A stretch of DNA of 64,000 nucleotides from Chiloscyllium plagiosum (taxonomy: Eukaryota), in contig NC_057750.1 of NCBI RefSeq assembly GCF_004010195.1, positions 3,344,761-3,408,760 on the forward strand, given 5' to 3'. The translations under genes were made by a program, and so were the position numbers. Below the pieces are notes generated by a model. The model worked only from the letters and a program-made list of their open reading frames with translations. It was not told where the DNA came from and did no database searches. Shown here in pieces: positions 1 through 13,080 of the stretch (the first letter of the stretch is position 1; each line of letters begins with the position of its first letter).

Positions 1-345
1 TATAAAATCATGATGAGGTGAATAGCAGGTGTTCTTCAAGGGTAGGGGTTTCAAATCTAAGGGGGATATTTTTAAGGTAAGAGGAGAAAGATTTAGAAAG
101 GACAAGTAATGAGCGACAATTCTTTTATACAGAGAGTGGTACGTGTGCAGTATGACCTACCAGAGAAAGTGGTGGATGTGGGTACAGTTACAGTGTTTAA
201 AAGACATTTGGATAAGTTCGTGAATAAGAAATGTGTGGTGGGATATGGGCAAGCACAGGCAGGTGGGACTAGTTTAGTTTGGGATTATGTTCAGCATGGG
301 CGAGTTGGACTGAAGGGTCTGTTTCTGTGTTGTATGACTCTGTGA
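1..345 (+). mobile_element. CR1/HER1-like LINE 3' end
   Basis: ORF2 C-terminal motif (FIQRVVRV..LPEKVV..FKRHLDKF) and 3' tail. Confidence 0.85.
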
Positions 346-503
346 TATGGCCTATAATATTTCCTTAATGGCTCCTTGCATTTGAGATGTGACCAATGCT
401 CTAAAAGTAGGAACTTTCAATTTCCTGTCTTTTTTTGCAAAGTGTGATCTCTGGACTTGAGGTCTGTTTGCTGAAATATTTGTTCTCTCCTGTGTTTCCA
501 CAG

Positions 504-622
504 TGCTGAACTCCACCTGCAGTGATTTCAATCACGGCACAGCCCTGCACATTGCAGCTTCTAACTTGTGCCTGGGAGCTGTGAAGTGTCTCCTTGAGCA
601 TGGGGCTAATCCAGCGGTCAGA
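504..622 (+). CDS. CLIP3: CLIP3 coding exon (ankyrin repeat; first exon visible, gene starts upstream of window)
   Basis: cag|TG acceptor at 501-503 and AGA|gtaagt donor; encodes (V)LNSTCSDFNHGTALHIAASNLCLGAVKCLLEHGANPAVR, matching the CLIP3 ankyrin region. Confidence 0.95.
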
Positions 623-1107
623 GTAAGTGGAGAGCTCTTTGCTCAACTCCAACATTCCCTCCTTCCCTCCTTTCCTGAAGGCCCTGGGTTGCACAATGAC
701 CGGGGACTCACTGACTGTCCAATCCTCAAGTGAGTATACCCCTCAGATCCTCTAATCTGGCATCCATCCAGCCCATGGCTGACGGATTATGGCAAGTACC
801 ATTTTATACCACCCATTTTATTTTAACCCAAAGAATCCTGAATCCCATTGCATTGCCCCCCCCAGTTGTTCCCCTGGCTTGTTATGTTGGATTTGTCGGC
901 GTTATTTCACAGTCTCCTTGTATGCAGGAGTAAATCTGCAGAAATTGCTGGAGAAACTCAATGGGTCTGGCAGCATCTGTGGAGAGAGAAGTAGAGTTAA
1001 TGTTTCAGTGACCCATCTTCAGAACTCAGTCTGCAAAATCTCCTATGAGCCTGCAGGTTGTGCTAAGTTTGAACCCACTGCTTGTATTTTCAGTACAACT
1101 TGGTGTT

Positions 1108-1350
1108 TCACTTGGACCTGGTCAACCTGCTCACTGTCTTTCTGCCCTCAGACACGGCGTGTTTGCCCAGCTCCCTGGGCAGGCCCACGGTGGTTTGGAC
1201 CTCCCAGGAGATGATATTGCTGTGCTGGTTGTAATGGGCCAGCCGAGAAGCCTCCCCTGCTGTCCATCAAACATATTATTGATGACCATGTTCATGAGGC
1301 TCGTCGCCTTGGACGAGATGCAGGGTTGGGGTGAACATGCCTTATGTACA
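1108..1350 (-). pseudogene. histone H2B pseudogene fragment in a CLIP3 intron
   Basis: three frames join to HVHPNP / [20 protein letters not shown] / [53 protein letters not shown], matching the H2B C-terminal half with frameshifts. Confidence 0.9.
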
Positions 1351-1738
1351 GCATGTTGACCAGCCACACTCAGCAAATCCAATGTAAAGGCAGCTTGAAA
1401 TCAACTAGAGAGACTGTAGTATAGCTCAGTGTCACTGGGCTAGTAATTCACAATTAGCGGCCTGACTAACATGAGTTCAGATCCAACCACGTCCATTGGA
1501 AGAATTCTTTGCTGGGTTACCACCACCTTCCCAAGATCAGGGGGATGAACAGGAAAGGTTGGTCTAGCAATGTCCACATTCCATGAGGGTGGAAAATGTG
1601 CCCCTTGGCTGTTGTAATGTTTTTGCTTGGGTTGCTTTCCCGGTCCTCACCTTGTTGACCTCACAATAGTAAGAACTGTACTCCTATGTCTCTATTCTTT
1701 TGAATGTTTAGACTTCTCGTTCTTTTCTAACCGAACAG

Positions 1739-1975
1739 AATCGGAAAGGACAGGTTCCCGCGGATGTGGTCCCAGACCCGATGGACATGACGCTGGACAA
1801 AGCTGAGGCTGCCATGGTTGCCAAAGAACTGAAGCAGCTGCTGCTCGATGCGGTACCTTTGAGCTGTAACCTTCCCAAGGTCACCTTACCAAACTATGAC
1901 AACATCCCTGGGAACCTGATGCTCACCTCATTGGGTCTCAAACTCGGGGACAGAGTCATCGTAGATACAGACAAG
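1739..1975 (+). CDS. CLIP3: CLIP3 coding exon
   Basis: cag|AAT ... AAG|gttag; 237 nt, phase 0/0; NRKGQVPADVVPDPMDMTLDKAEAAMVAKELKQLL...LGLKLGDRVIVDTDK. Confidence 0.95.
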
Positions 1976-2051
1976 GTTAGGAGATACTTTTGCAGAGTCC
2001 GAAGCTCATTGTAATGAGCTCTCCAACATCTGCTTTATAAATTGGAAGTTT

Positions 2052-2649
2052 TGTGACGTTGCTGTGGCTTTAAAGGCCATATTGTCCTGGTCTCTTTTGA
2101 AGAGAGGTAGCAAGCAGCTTGAGAGGCCTTGGGTTTTTTTTAATGCAGACTGAATGGGTGTGGCCAGCTCTCTCACATCAGGATTTCTGGGTTTTGGTTT
2201 ATTTCAGTAACATCTGAAACTACTGGAATGTCAACAGTGTTGGGAGCTTCAATGAATGCCTCCTGTCTGCTACTCTCTCTCTGAATTTTCTCTTGGAAGT
2301 TTTTCCCTCCTGGATTGGAGAACTTCATGTGAGACTTTCTGTCGAATTTTCCTTTATTCCAAGGGGAGTGTTTATGGGATGTTACTGAATTGGAACAGTT
2401 AATTAGTAACAGTTACAGTATCTACTATTCTGTTAAGTTTTCCAATAGACTTAAGTTATTCTAAATTCTCTTTCTTTGATTTTTTTTTGTAACTGCAGTG
2501 TTTAAATAAATTGTGTTTTGTTTAACATCGAAGAGTTTGACCAGTACATCTGAAACAGGTACTTGATATTTGCCTTTAGAATAAAAAGAGTTAGAATCTA
2601 GGCTACCTTCTTAAGATGTTTTGAGGGGGGTCTGGTCTGGTTCTCAACA
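2052..2649 (+). mobile_element. probable solo LTR
   Basis: TG...CA ends, internal AATAAA, imperfect 4-bp flanks GTTT/GTCT; related copy at 62838-63428. Confidence 0.55.
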
Positions 2650-2830
2650 GTCTGGTAGACAAGGAATGGTTTTTACCTTGAGAGAGCTAGGTATGGAGCT
2701 GAGGCCCATTATCCAGAAAGTGGGGAGAGGTCAACAAACTGTGTGTAATTGTATATTAGAGTGAATTATGGTCTCATGTGGTGCAGAGATATTGTTCCTA
2801 CCTCAGGACTAGGAGCCCCATGTTCAACAG

Positions 2831-3167
2831 GGGAGGTGATGGTCTAGTGGTATTATTGCTGGACTGTTAATCCAGAGACCCAGGGAACATTCTGGGGAGC
2901 CCGGTTTGAATCCAGCTACAGCACATGGTGGAATTAGAACTCAATGAAAAAAACATCTGGAATTAAGAGTAAATTGATGACCACAAATCCATTGTCGATT
3001 GTCAGGAAACACTCAGCTGGTTCACTAATGTTCCTTACCTGGTCTCATCTACATGTGGTTCCAGACCCACAGCAAAGTGGTTGACTCTTAATTGTCATCT
3101 GGGCAATTAGGGATGGGTAATAAACGCTGACATAGCCAGTGATGTCCTCCCTCCATGAATGAAGAAA
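2831..3167 (+). mobile_element. second tRNA-derived SINE family (related copies near 10015-10312 +, 14103-14270 -, 56230-56915 +)
   Basis: A/B-box-like head and tail GGGCAATTAGGGATGGG...ATGAATGAA shared with the LINE end at 52380-52920. Confidence 0.7.
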
Positions 3168-3627
3168 GTTCCATTTGCTCAGAGGTGTATAATAGTGGCT
3201 CGGAACAGTTTAGTTAGAAAATATCGAAGATGAATGAATTGGCAAAGGCTTGGAGAGATAAGGAGATCTTGGGTTTGGCTCATCTCTTGTAAAGCATCCC
3301 CAAGTACCTAGCAAATGTTTGTGGTTCATTTTTCTGTGCACCATAAATACAGAAACTATTCTGAGTCCAGCAAAATTCCTCAAGACCAATGATTGGTCAA
3401 TCTGGGTTTTTGGTCAAGGGAGGAGTTTTGACCTTGCAGTGAGAGCTGTACCACACATTGTGGTCTGGGTCACATTCTCAAATTCTAGGGTAGGGTTTGA
3501 TCACAGAACGTCTTTGTTCAAAAAGGGAGAGGGTTTTGGATTGGGCCAAGGTGAATTTGTCATCTCACCTCAAGCTGTGTGTCTCCTGGAGATTGAAACC
3601 TTTGATTTGTTTCTCCACTTGTTCTAG

Positions 3628-3763
3628 GCTGGAACGCTGCGATTTTGTGGCACCACCGAGTTTGCCAGTGGACAGTGGGTTGGCGTCGAGCTAGATGAGC
3701 CCGAAGGGAAGAATGATGGCAGTGTTGGAGGAATAAGCTATTTCATTTGCCCTCCGAAACATG
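3628..3763 (+). CDS. CLIP3: CLIP3 coding exon (CAP-Gly domain 1)
   Basis: tag|GCT ... CATG|gtgag; [45 protein letters not shown] with the GKNDG motif. Confidence 0.95.
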
Positions 3764-3821
3764 GTGAGGGATAGCTTGTTCACTGAGGTTGTCCTGTAGC
3801 TGAGGGATTGTTCCTAGAGTC

Positions 3822-5280
3822 AGAGTCATACAGCATGGAAACAGACTCTTTGAAAACAGACCAGTCCATGCCAAACATAATCCTAAACTAAACTAGTCCC
3901 ACCTTCATGCTCCTGGTCCATATCCCTCCAAACCTTTCCCTATTCATGAACTTATCTGAGTGTCTTTTAAACATTGTAATTGTACCCATATCCACCACTT
4001 CCTCAGAAAGGTCATTCCACATGTGAACCATCCTCTATGTAAAAAATGTGCACCACATGTCTTTTTTAAATCTCTCTCCTCTCACCTTAAAAATGTGCCT
4101 CCTAGTCTTGAAATCCTCCACCCTAGGAAAAAGACACCTATCATTTACCCTATCTGTGCCACTCATGATTTTATAAATTTCTGTAAGTCACCTCTCAACC
4201 TCTTACGCTGCAGTGAAAAAAGTCCCAGCCTATCCAGCCTTTTAATTTTTTTAGCCTTCTAAGAGATCCTCCTTCATTCTTTTAAACTCCTGTAGTTGAG
4301 GGATTGTTCCTAGAGTCCTAATCAATCCAGTCTGTCTTTGTACATCAGTCCTGCCGTCCCAGCAATAAGTCTACATCACACTCCCTCCATCGCCAGGATA
4401 TCCTTCCTGAGATAAAGAGATCAAAATTGCACATAATACTCCAAATATGGTCTCACCATGGCCCCTATAACACAGCAACAAAACAACCCTGTGCCTGTAA
4501 TTGAATCCTCTTGCTTTGAAGGCTAGCATCCCATTTGGCTTGCTCACTGCTTGCTGTACCTGCAATGCCTACTATCAGTGATTGATGTGTAAGGGCACCC
4601 AGTTCTTATTGCACCTCTCCCTTTCCCAATCTGCCACCATTCAGATAACAATCTGCTTCCCTGCTTTTGCTACCAAAATGGATAACCTCACATTTACATA
4701 CATTATACTTTATCTGCCATGTATTTGCCCACTCAGTCAAGTTGTCTAGATCACACTGAAGCAACCCTGCATCCTCCCCACAGCTCACTCTTCCACCCAA
4801 CTGTATGTTGGCTGCAAACTTGGAGATATTGCCTTTGGTTCTCTAATCTCAGTCATTAATGTAGATTGTGAATAGCTAGGGTCCGTGCAACGTGCGTTCT
4901 GCTGGTACCCTGCTAGTCACTGCCTGCTCTCAGAAAATGACATGTTCCTAATCTTTGTTTTCTTGTTTGCCAGCCAATTCTCTCTCCATGTCAGCACACT
5001 GTCCCTAATCCCTGAATGCTTAATTTCACTCGCTAATCTCATACGTGGGACTTTATTGCAAGCCTTTGGAAAGTTCAAATAAACCACATCCACTGGCTCC
5101 CCCTTAACAACCTGACTAGTTACATCCTTGAAAAATTCCATGAGATTGGTGAACCATGATTTCCCTTTTGTAAATCCAAGCTGTCTGCATCCAATCCTGT
5201 CACTGATTTTCAAGTACTTTGCTGTTAAATCTCTTATAATGGATTCTAATGTTTTCCCCATGCCTGATGTCAGGCTAACT
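3822..5280 (-). mobile_element. two adjacent CR1-like LINE fragments
   Basis: RT motifs GFTKGKSWFTNLMEFF, VDVVYLNF, KCEVIHFG in minus-strand ORFs; 3' tail near 3822. Confidence 0.88.
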
Positions 5281-5304
5281 TGGTTGTTGTGCTTTGTTTT
5301 CCAG

Positions 5305-5433
5305 GTTATTTTTCTCCAGTGTCTAAAATCAGTAAAGCTCCCGATCAGACCCCGTCTTCTGTAACCTCGACACCTAAAACTCCCAGAATGGATTTCTCTC
5401 GAATGACAGGGAAGATGAAGAAAGATAAAAAAG
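5305..5433 (+). CDS. CLIP3: CLIP3 coding exon
   Basis: cag|GT ... AAAG|gtgtgt; phase 1/1; GYFSPVSKISKAPDQTPSSVTSTPKTPRMDFSRMTGKMKKDKK. Confidence 0.93.
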
Positions 5434-6429
5434 GTGTGTGTGTCTCAAATTGTATTTCCCGCTGTGCATTGAATATATATACAACGTTCACCCTTGGTGT
5501 ATACAGAGGAACCTCATTTATCCGAATATCAATTATCCAAATCTTGGATTATCTGAAGAAGATCTCAAGGTCCCAATAGAAACTTTACATCGAAGAGATG
5601 TTTCCAACACTGATCACACCTTTTGTTTAGATGATTAAAAATGAACTCGGCTTACTGAAATGCTGCCAAGAACAACCATTGATGGGAGCCCTGGCACTGT
5701 CTCTAAATGACTGATCTCCTGCCCCCTCTCTCTCTCTCCCTCCCCCTACGCTTTCCTTGGGGTTTTAAACCCTGATTCCCCAGATAATCTCTCCAATGTT
5801 GGCCTGTACAGGGCAAAGGTGGATCTTGTCAAAAGGTTGGTATGTGTGTGTGTGTGTGTGTGTCATCCCCCCCCCCCGCCCCCAAAGGCAGCAGCAGTCT
5901 TGTGGGTGTCCAGTCTGGCTGTCTCAGAGGTGAGGGAGGGAGCAGGGTGGGTGGGGACGGGGACAGAGTTGGATGGGGGCGGGGGGGCTGTGTTGGATGG
6001 GGTTTCAGGGCAGCCGGGGATGCGGGCTGGGGGCTGATGGAGGGTTGGTGTTATGTAGTTATTCACATTAATCAGTTTGTATTCAGGAGAATCCCACAAA
6101 TTGCAGTGAGTTGAAAGGCCAGTTAGCCTAATGAAAATAGTAAATGCTGAGAAAAACAGATAACTTTGGAACTCTGATATCTGGACTCTGTCTCCACAGA
6201 TGCTGCCAAACCTGCTGAGTTTCTCCAGTATTTTCTGTCTTTTATTTCAGACTTGCAGCATCTGCAGTATTTTGCTACTATTTGCTTGTTTTGTGCTGTG
6301 AAGTTTGACCCCCTACCCCAGTTAACTCCCCTTTCTTTCAATGCTGGGGGGCCATCATCCTCATTTAAAGCAATCACCAATGAATAACTGTAACACAGTG
6401 ACATTATCATTCTCTGGTAGAGGTCAGCT

Positions 6430-6716
6430 TTCTGCTCAGTGGTTAGCACTGCTGCCTCACAGTGCCAGGGATCCCAGTTCGATTTCACCCTTGGATGACT
6501 GTTTGTGTGAAGTTTGCACATTCTCCCAGTGTCTGTGTGGGTTTGCTCCGGTTTCCTCCCACAAGCTAAAGATGTGCAAGGTTAGGATGGATTGGCGATG
6601 GGAAATGTAGTGTTACTGGGAAAGGGTGAAAGGGTGAGTCTGGGTGAGATGCTGTTCAGAGGGTCAGTGTGGACTCGATGGGCTGAATAGCCTGCTTCCA
6701 CACTGTAGGGATTCTA
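6430..6716 (+). mobile_element. HE1-like tRNA-derived V-SINE
   Basis: tRNA-like head GCTCAGTGGTTAGCACTGCTGCCTCACAG, V-domain GTTTGCACATTCTCCC..., CR1-type tail. Confidence 0.85.
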
Positions 6717-6720
6717 AGTA

Positions 6721-6896
6721 CAGAACAACCTCAGTTATCCATGCATGAATTATCCGAATTTCGAATTATCCGAACAAGATCTCAAGCTCCCATAAATGCT
6801 TCCTTTGTTTACGATCAGACCAGTTATCTGAACAATAAGTTTTTTCTGAACAAAATACTGCCCACCTGTCTTATTTGGATAATCGAGGTTGTTCTG
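6721..6896. mobile_element. Tc1/mariner-pogo-type MITE
   Basis: 20-bp terminal inverted repeats CAGAACAACCTC..TTATCC (18/20 match) flanked by TA on both sides; related left end at 5504. Confidence 0.8.
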
Positions 6897-7092
6897 TAAT
6901 AATGTTTCCTTGGTTAGTACCTTTGGCCCTCAGATTAAGGAGTCAGCTGAGGGACAACCCCTGTGACAATGCAGCACTCTCCCAGTACTCCATAGGGAGT
7001 GTCCATTCGAGGGGGTGCAGTGATCCATTGAGACATAACTGGGCCAGAATTGGACCTTTGCCAAGTTCCAATAAATCATCTGTTACTTTATC

Positions 7093-7436
7093 ATAGAATC
7101 CCTACACTGTGGAAACAGGCCGTTCGGCCCAACAAGTCCATGCCAGCCCTCCAAAGAGTAACCCAACCAGACCCATTCTCCTACCCTATTATCATACATT
7201 TACCCCTGACTAATGCACCTAACCCACCCATCCCTGAACACGATGAGCAATTTAGCACGACCAATTCACCTAAGCTGCACATCTTTGGATTGTGGGAGGA
7301 AACCGGAGCACCCGGAGGGAACACACACAGACACAGGGAGAATGTGCAAACTCCACACAGACAGTCACTGAGGTTGGAATCGAACCCGACTCCCTAGCCA
7401 CTATGAGTCAGCAGTGCTAACCACTGAGTCACCGTT
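7093..7436 (-). mobile_element. HE1-like V-SINE
   Basis: reverse complement of the same head, V-domain and tail. Confidence 0.85.
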
Positions 7437-9404
7437 TATCTTGCAGATCAACTTGGGCTTAAACATTTTGTGACCATGGTTCGTGAAAGCCAGTGGGAAT
7501 GTGTTGCAAGAAACATGACCTTACCAGCAGTGCCTAGCATCATTTAAAGTTTCCAATGTATATTGAGAAGTTACAATGAGTGGGCAGTAATAGACACCCA
7601 GTGGAGTATTCACACATATAGAAGCTCCATTTTGATATATTTTGCTGTAATGTAGGTTAATTTGTTAACATGAAAAGCTTATGCCTGAAACGTTGACTCT
7701 TGTGCTCCTCGGATGCTGCCTGACCCGCTGTGCTTTTCTAGTGCCACACTTTTCAATCCAAATAAAATGAATTAGTGTCACAGCCTGTACAATATAATGG
7801 AACTGTACGAATGGTTATAAAGCATTGATGTTTATTAAGGGTTCATGTGCTGTGGTGTGATTTTGTCACTTTACAGGCACAGTATAAGTGATAACTTTCC
7901 ATTAATACATGCCTAAATTTAAATCCATCTGAACATACAGGTTTGAGCAAATATTCTTTGTGTGAAATTGTTACAACTGTCATTCACTTATTAAGGGAAT
8001 ATAGACTCCATTACATACAAAAAAAAATTAGGAGCAGGAGTAAGCCATTCTGCCCCTTAAGCCTACTGAATAAGATGGTAACTGATTGGCTTGTGTTATG
8101 AATTCCCCACTCGCATCTCTGCCCTGATAACATGGGTTTATGTTCAGCAAGGAGATCAGTCTATTTCCACGTCAGAAATATGCAATGACCCTGCCTGTGA
8201 AGCAGAGAGTTTCAAACTCGCGCACCCCTCTGAGAGAAGGAAAACTCTCTTCATCTCTGCCCCAAAAAGGTGACCTCCAATTTTCCTTATGCTATGATCC
8301 CAGCTGATGTCATCACTGGACAAGTCAGATCCCAAAGTGAAATCTGGCTTGATTAATCATATTCTGTTTTAGTTTTTATTCACTGAAGGCAGTGTTTCAC
8401 TAAAACATAAACATGCAATGCAGCAGATTTGGTTTTGAATGGAAGTTTCCTTCACAAAAAAATGAAGCGAGAATAAACCACCGATTTACATAAAACACAA
8501 ATTGGAAGATTTTTCAATTCTGGGTCTTAAAGAGTTTGATAACCTCTTCCATGATCATTAATACAGTTGAGCTCAGACTTTCTCAGCTTCAAATGACCCT
8601 TCCAGGGTTCTGGTCTGGAACTCTCAAGCTAAAACCCATACACTGAGGAAATCTATTTTCTGTTTCGAACTAATTCCTTTCTCTAGGAGAAACTGTTTTG
8701 TATATCTAACCTCAGCTAGGACTTATTCAAATTGAAACAAAATGGCTGTCCACTCTCTGGGGATTTCTCCTCGACAAAAAAGCTCAATTTTTCTAAACCA
8801 AAAGAAGGCTAATGTTTGTCAATGTTTGCTTCCTCTGATCATAAAACTCTCACAATACAAACAAATTACCATTATCACTCCAGGAGCCATCTCACTCTCA
8901 TATTAGTTACAAAAACCAGTTTTAGAAAAGCTAACAAATTAATTATTTAACCACTTCATACACACAGACCAAAATAATTCATCAGTTCAAATCCACAATG
9001 TAAAATAGACTATTATATATCATATGCTTTACATCATATTGACTACCTTCAGTTTTTCTAAGTGCCCAACAATGACTTCCTTAATGTCTGTCAATTAAAT
9101 CATTAAGTCCTAGTCAAGACAGAGAGTTGAATAAAATCATCATCGACTCACTCAGCAATTCGAAGCCTTTCAACCAACTGAAAATTATTCCAGCAACTTA
9201 TGGTGCTAATTATGTGAAAGGTTGGCTGTGTAAGTGTCTCTTTATTAGTCAATCACACCCTAATATCCTGTTGTGGTATAGTTTTCATAGATTTCTGGTT
9301 CCAAAGATTTAGGCCCCATCATAATGACAGATAATTGATCTCACCCAGGCTGGTATCTACATTGCCATCACCCCCAGTTTATCCCTCTCCCTCTCTCTTC
9401 TCAG

Positions 9405-9539
9405 CCTTGAGAAGGAAGTCCTTGTCAGTGGGAAGCCTTGATCGAGAAGGTGTGAAGATCGAGATTGGAGACCAAGTGTTGGTTGCGGGTCAGAAACCAG
9501 GAATAATTCGGTATTACGGTAAAACAGACTTTGCTCCAG
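9405..9539 (+). CDS. CLIP3: CLIP3 coding exon (start of CAP-Gly domain 2)
   Basis: pyrimidine tract + cag|CC ... CCAG|gtgagt; ALRRKSLSVGSLDREGVKIEIGDQVLVAGQKPGIIRYYGKTDFAP. Confidence 0.95.
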
Positions 9540-11792
9540 GTGAGTGAAGTCATTAAGAGATATTCAGAGTGTCTTGTGGGCTTTCAATCGTGGGGACATC
9601 GCACTTAGAAGCACGAGTAGAGCATCTGGTGCTTTAAGCCTGTTCCACCATTCAATAAGACCATTGTTGATCTGAATGTGGTGTCAGCTCATCTTCCCGT
9701 ATGTGCCCCACAAGACTTCCCTCTCTTTGTTGATCAGAAATGTGTCTAAATCAGCCTTGAATAAATTCAATGACAGCACCTCCACAGCTGGTGAATTCCA
9801 CAGACTCATGACTTTCTGAGAGAAATTTCTAATTTTGCCTGGCCTCCATTTTATTCTTAAACTGTGTGCTTGTTCTCGTTTGCCTAATAAGAAAAACAGC
9901 TTTCACTCTGTTCAGTCCCTTTGGGATCTTTATAAGTTTCAATAAGATCACTTATGAACTTATCACTTACTCCAATGGCTTAAGTCCCAACCTGTTCATG
10001 CTTTCCTCTTCCTAGGGGAGGCAGTGTTCTGATGGTAATACCACTGGGCTAGTAATCCAGAATGCCACGCCAATATTCTGAGGAATCCCACCATGGCATA
10101 TTGTGACATTTGAATTCAGCAAAAAGCAAGTCTAATGGTATCGATTGTCATGAAAACCCACCTGGTTCACTAATACTCTAATCTAACATCTTTACCTGGT
10201 CTGATGTGATGCCAGGCTTACAACAATGTGGCCAACTCTTAACTGCCCTCTGGGCAATTAGGGATTGGCAATAAATACCGGGTCACCAATGACATCCTGT
10301 GAATGAATAAAAACTGATAAGACCTTTAACCCAGGAATTGGTTAATGTTACATTGTTGTGTCATGGTCGCTACCAGATATTGCCCATCAGAACTTGCTCA
10401 TGTAACTGTCTTGCCTTGGAATGTTGCTGGTGCCCAAGGAAAGGTTTAGAGCACTGACTGTCCTCGTCCCAGAGAGACTGATTAGTCTGTTCTGAAAACA
10501 CCAAACAAATCTAGGATGTGAGTTGAGGTAATCAACGTACACAGATCAAATAAGGTTTCTTGTCTTATATACCAATTTTATTTCACAACTTCATGTCACT
10601 GTAACTCATACCAGCTTTTTATTGAAGTTTTATTTAATAATTGAGTTTGAATTCATAAACTGGTGGATTCTAAACCACATCTGCAGAGTGTTAGTACTCC
10701 CTTTGGATTACTAGTCCAGTGCAGAACTGTTGTCTAAGGGTCTGAAAGGGTTAACAATGAGGATTGTCATAAGCACCATCCACTATGATGATATTGTCAT
10801 GTGATCTTGATGGCAGAACAGCTTATGTTCTTGAAGAATTAACTCCCAACCTCTGATCCTCCTCAACGTCCCTTATATATTTTCTAATCATCCTGTTCAG
10901 AGATGGTACTACACACCTCTGGAGCAATTTGAGTCCAGACTTCCTGTCTGAGAGATAGGGACACTGCCACTGCAATAGAAGAGACCCCAAAGTCTATCAC
11001 AATATCTAACAATGTCTCTTACATTAAACTAATTTGTTACTAGTTGCTAACATGCAGTAAACCACATCTTGTTAACTGCGAGTGACCCTCTAGTCAGACC
11101 AAGAAGTGGTTTTCCTCTGTCATAATGGACCAAGCAGGTGCTATAATTTCCTCAACTTTAAAGAGGTCGGTGGCAGCTACCTTGATCACAAGGGGCAGCT
11201 GTTGATACAGCGTAAAGAGCTGGCTCTGCCCAAAAGTGAAATCTCAATGAGCTGGGTTACCAGCTGGCACAGCAATAAAGTCAACACCACTTTCTCGAGG
11301 ACACCTGGGGATGGGCAGTAAATGCTGACCCAGCCAGCGATGTCCTTGTCCCGTGAGTTAAATTTTTAACATGATTTGGATATTGTTAAAGAGTTAATGG
11401 ATTACTTGAGTTAATCCACAGAGCAATTGCCCCCCCACCCACCCATGAATTGTGATTGCTTCATGTTTGGCATTTACAACTTTTTAAATGTCCAGTCCTG
11501 TTCTTGGATGTTGCAAATTCCTTAAGTATTATGAATAAAGGAGCCAGGATTAAGAGGGTCGAGCTGTTAGTTCTGGCAACCTCTTCATCTGCTGAGAGGT
11601 TGTGAGACTTGAACTGTTTTAACCCTACATTCCTTTCTCTTGACCTGCTCAGTGTTTCCAGCACATTTCCAAGATTTATTTGTGTTTTTTTTTCTCTCTG
11701 GGACTTTAGACAGACAGTGATCCTTTGAATAGTGTTAGCTGCTACCTGTTTCTCCATTGGTTATTCACACTGGGTCAATATTTCCCTCGCAG

Positions 11793-11916
11793 GGTACTGG
11801 TATGGTATCGAGCTGGATAAGGCGACTGGGAAGCACGATGGCTCAGTGTTTGGTGTCCGGTATTATACCTGCTCTCCAAAATATGGCGTGTTTGCTCCTC
11901 CTTCCAGGGTGCAGAG
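11793..11916 (+). CDS. CLIP3: CLIP3 coding exon (CAP-Gly domain 2)
   Basis: cag|GG ... AG|gtaac; GYWYGIELDKATGKHDGSVFGVRYYTCSPKYGVFAPPSRVQR with the GKHDG motif. Confidence 0.95.
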
Positions 11917-12384
11917 GTAACTTTCACTAGTCATTATTTTGTATGTCTAAAGATTTATGGGGCCCATGCATTGCAGGCTAATTTGAAATGCCCTTGATTA
12001 CATGCAGAGTTGGATATTTTTGTTTCTTTTTCCAGCTGAGAAATTGGCTTTCATTGACCCTGAGCATAAAGATATTGCCTGACAGAACCTAAGACAATGT
12101 TGGCTCCTTCTGATGTCCTATCTTGACAGTGTCACCTCTGGCTTAGTGCCTCATGAATCACTGTAGAGTCTGTTAGTAACCAGTTAGAGAAGTGCTTGAA
12201 AGTCTTATTCTTTCACCATTGGATAATATCCATTGTGGTCAGACCTAACAGACACACAACTCTCAGTGCTCTATTCCAACAAAATATAGACCAGGAATTG
12301 CAGAAAATTAGGACTTTTGTCCCCACATGTCATCGTTTGGAGGTGTATCAAATGAATAGTTTTTTTCTTCTTTCTCTGCTGTAG

Positions 12385-12449
12385 GATTGGTGGACCTAAG
12401 GGACCCCCAAGTGATGGGACCATTGGCAAAAAAATTCACCAAGTAACAA
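12385..12449 (+). CDS. CLIP3: CLIP3 coding exon
   Basis: tag|G ... ACAA|gtaagt; IGGPKGPPSDGTIGKKIHQVT; phases fit both neighbours. Confidence 0.92.
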
Positions 12450-13080
12450 GTAAGTTGAGATGACATCACTCAAATTAAAAAAAAAACTGGTTTATTATGA
12501 AAAGCAGAGAACTGTAGAGCTCAGGAGGAGGTTATTTGGCCCAGCATTCCTGTGCTGGCTTGCTGAAGGAGTGATCCTGTTCATCTCAGTCCTCTATTTT
12601 TTCACTGCACCTTTCAAATGTTAAAGTGGAGGATGGAAATTTGTAGATTGTGAAAGGGAAGGGGTTCCACAGCTCTGGGATCCTCCGGAACAGGTGAGAG
12701 ATTGCACAGTGAATCTGAATTTTAATGCAAAGAGGATGTGGGGAGTTTGAAACTGTTAGTCACGTGGATTGGATTCTACACTGTTTCATGTTTTTGGAGT
12801 CACATCACTGAAAGCTGGTTTGACCACATTAAAACATTGTAAAAGATTCTTAATGGTCATTTGAAAAACAACTTTGATTTCCTGAGAGTGGAATGAATTG
12901 GAGCCCAAATCCCAGGACTAACAGAGAAACGTGCTGACCTACTACCCCCAGTCCTGTATTTGAGTAAAACTCAAAACAGTTATTGCAGGTGACGGCTACT
13001 TGGAGTGAGATTTGGATCAGTTCCAGTGTGCGTGTGGTAGCTGTGGCTTGATCTCAATCTCCACCTTTTTGTTTCTACAG

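Noticed and set aside
6430..6500. tRNA-like sequences at SINE heads
   Set aside because: They continue into V-domain and LINE-tail sequence, so they are SINE heads and not tRNA genes.
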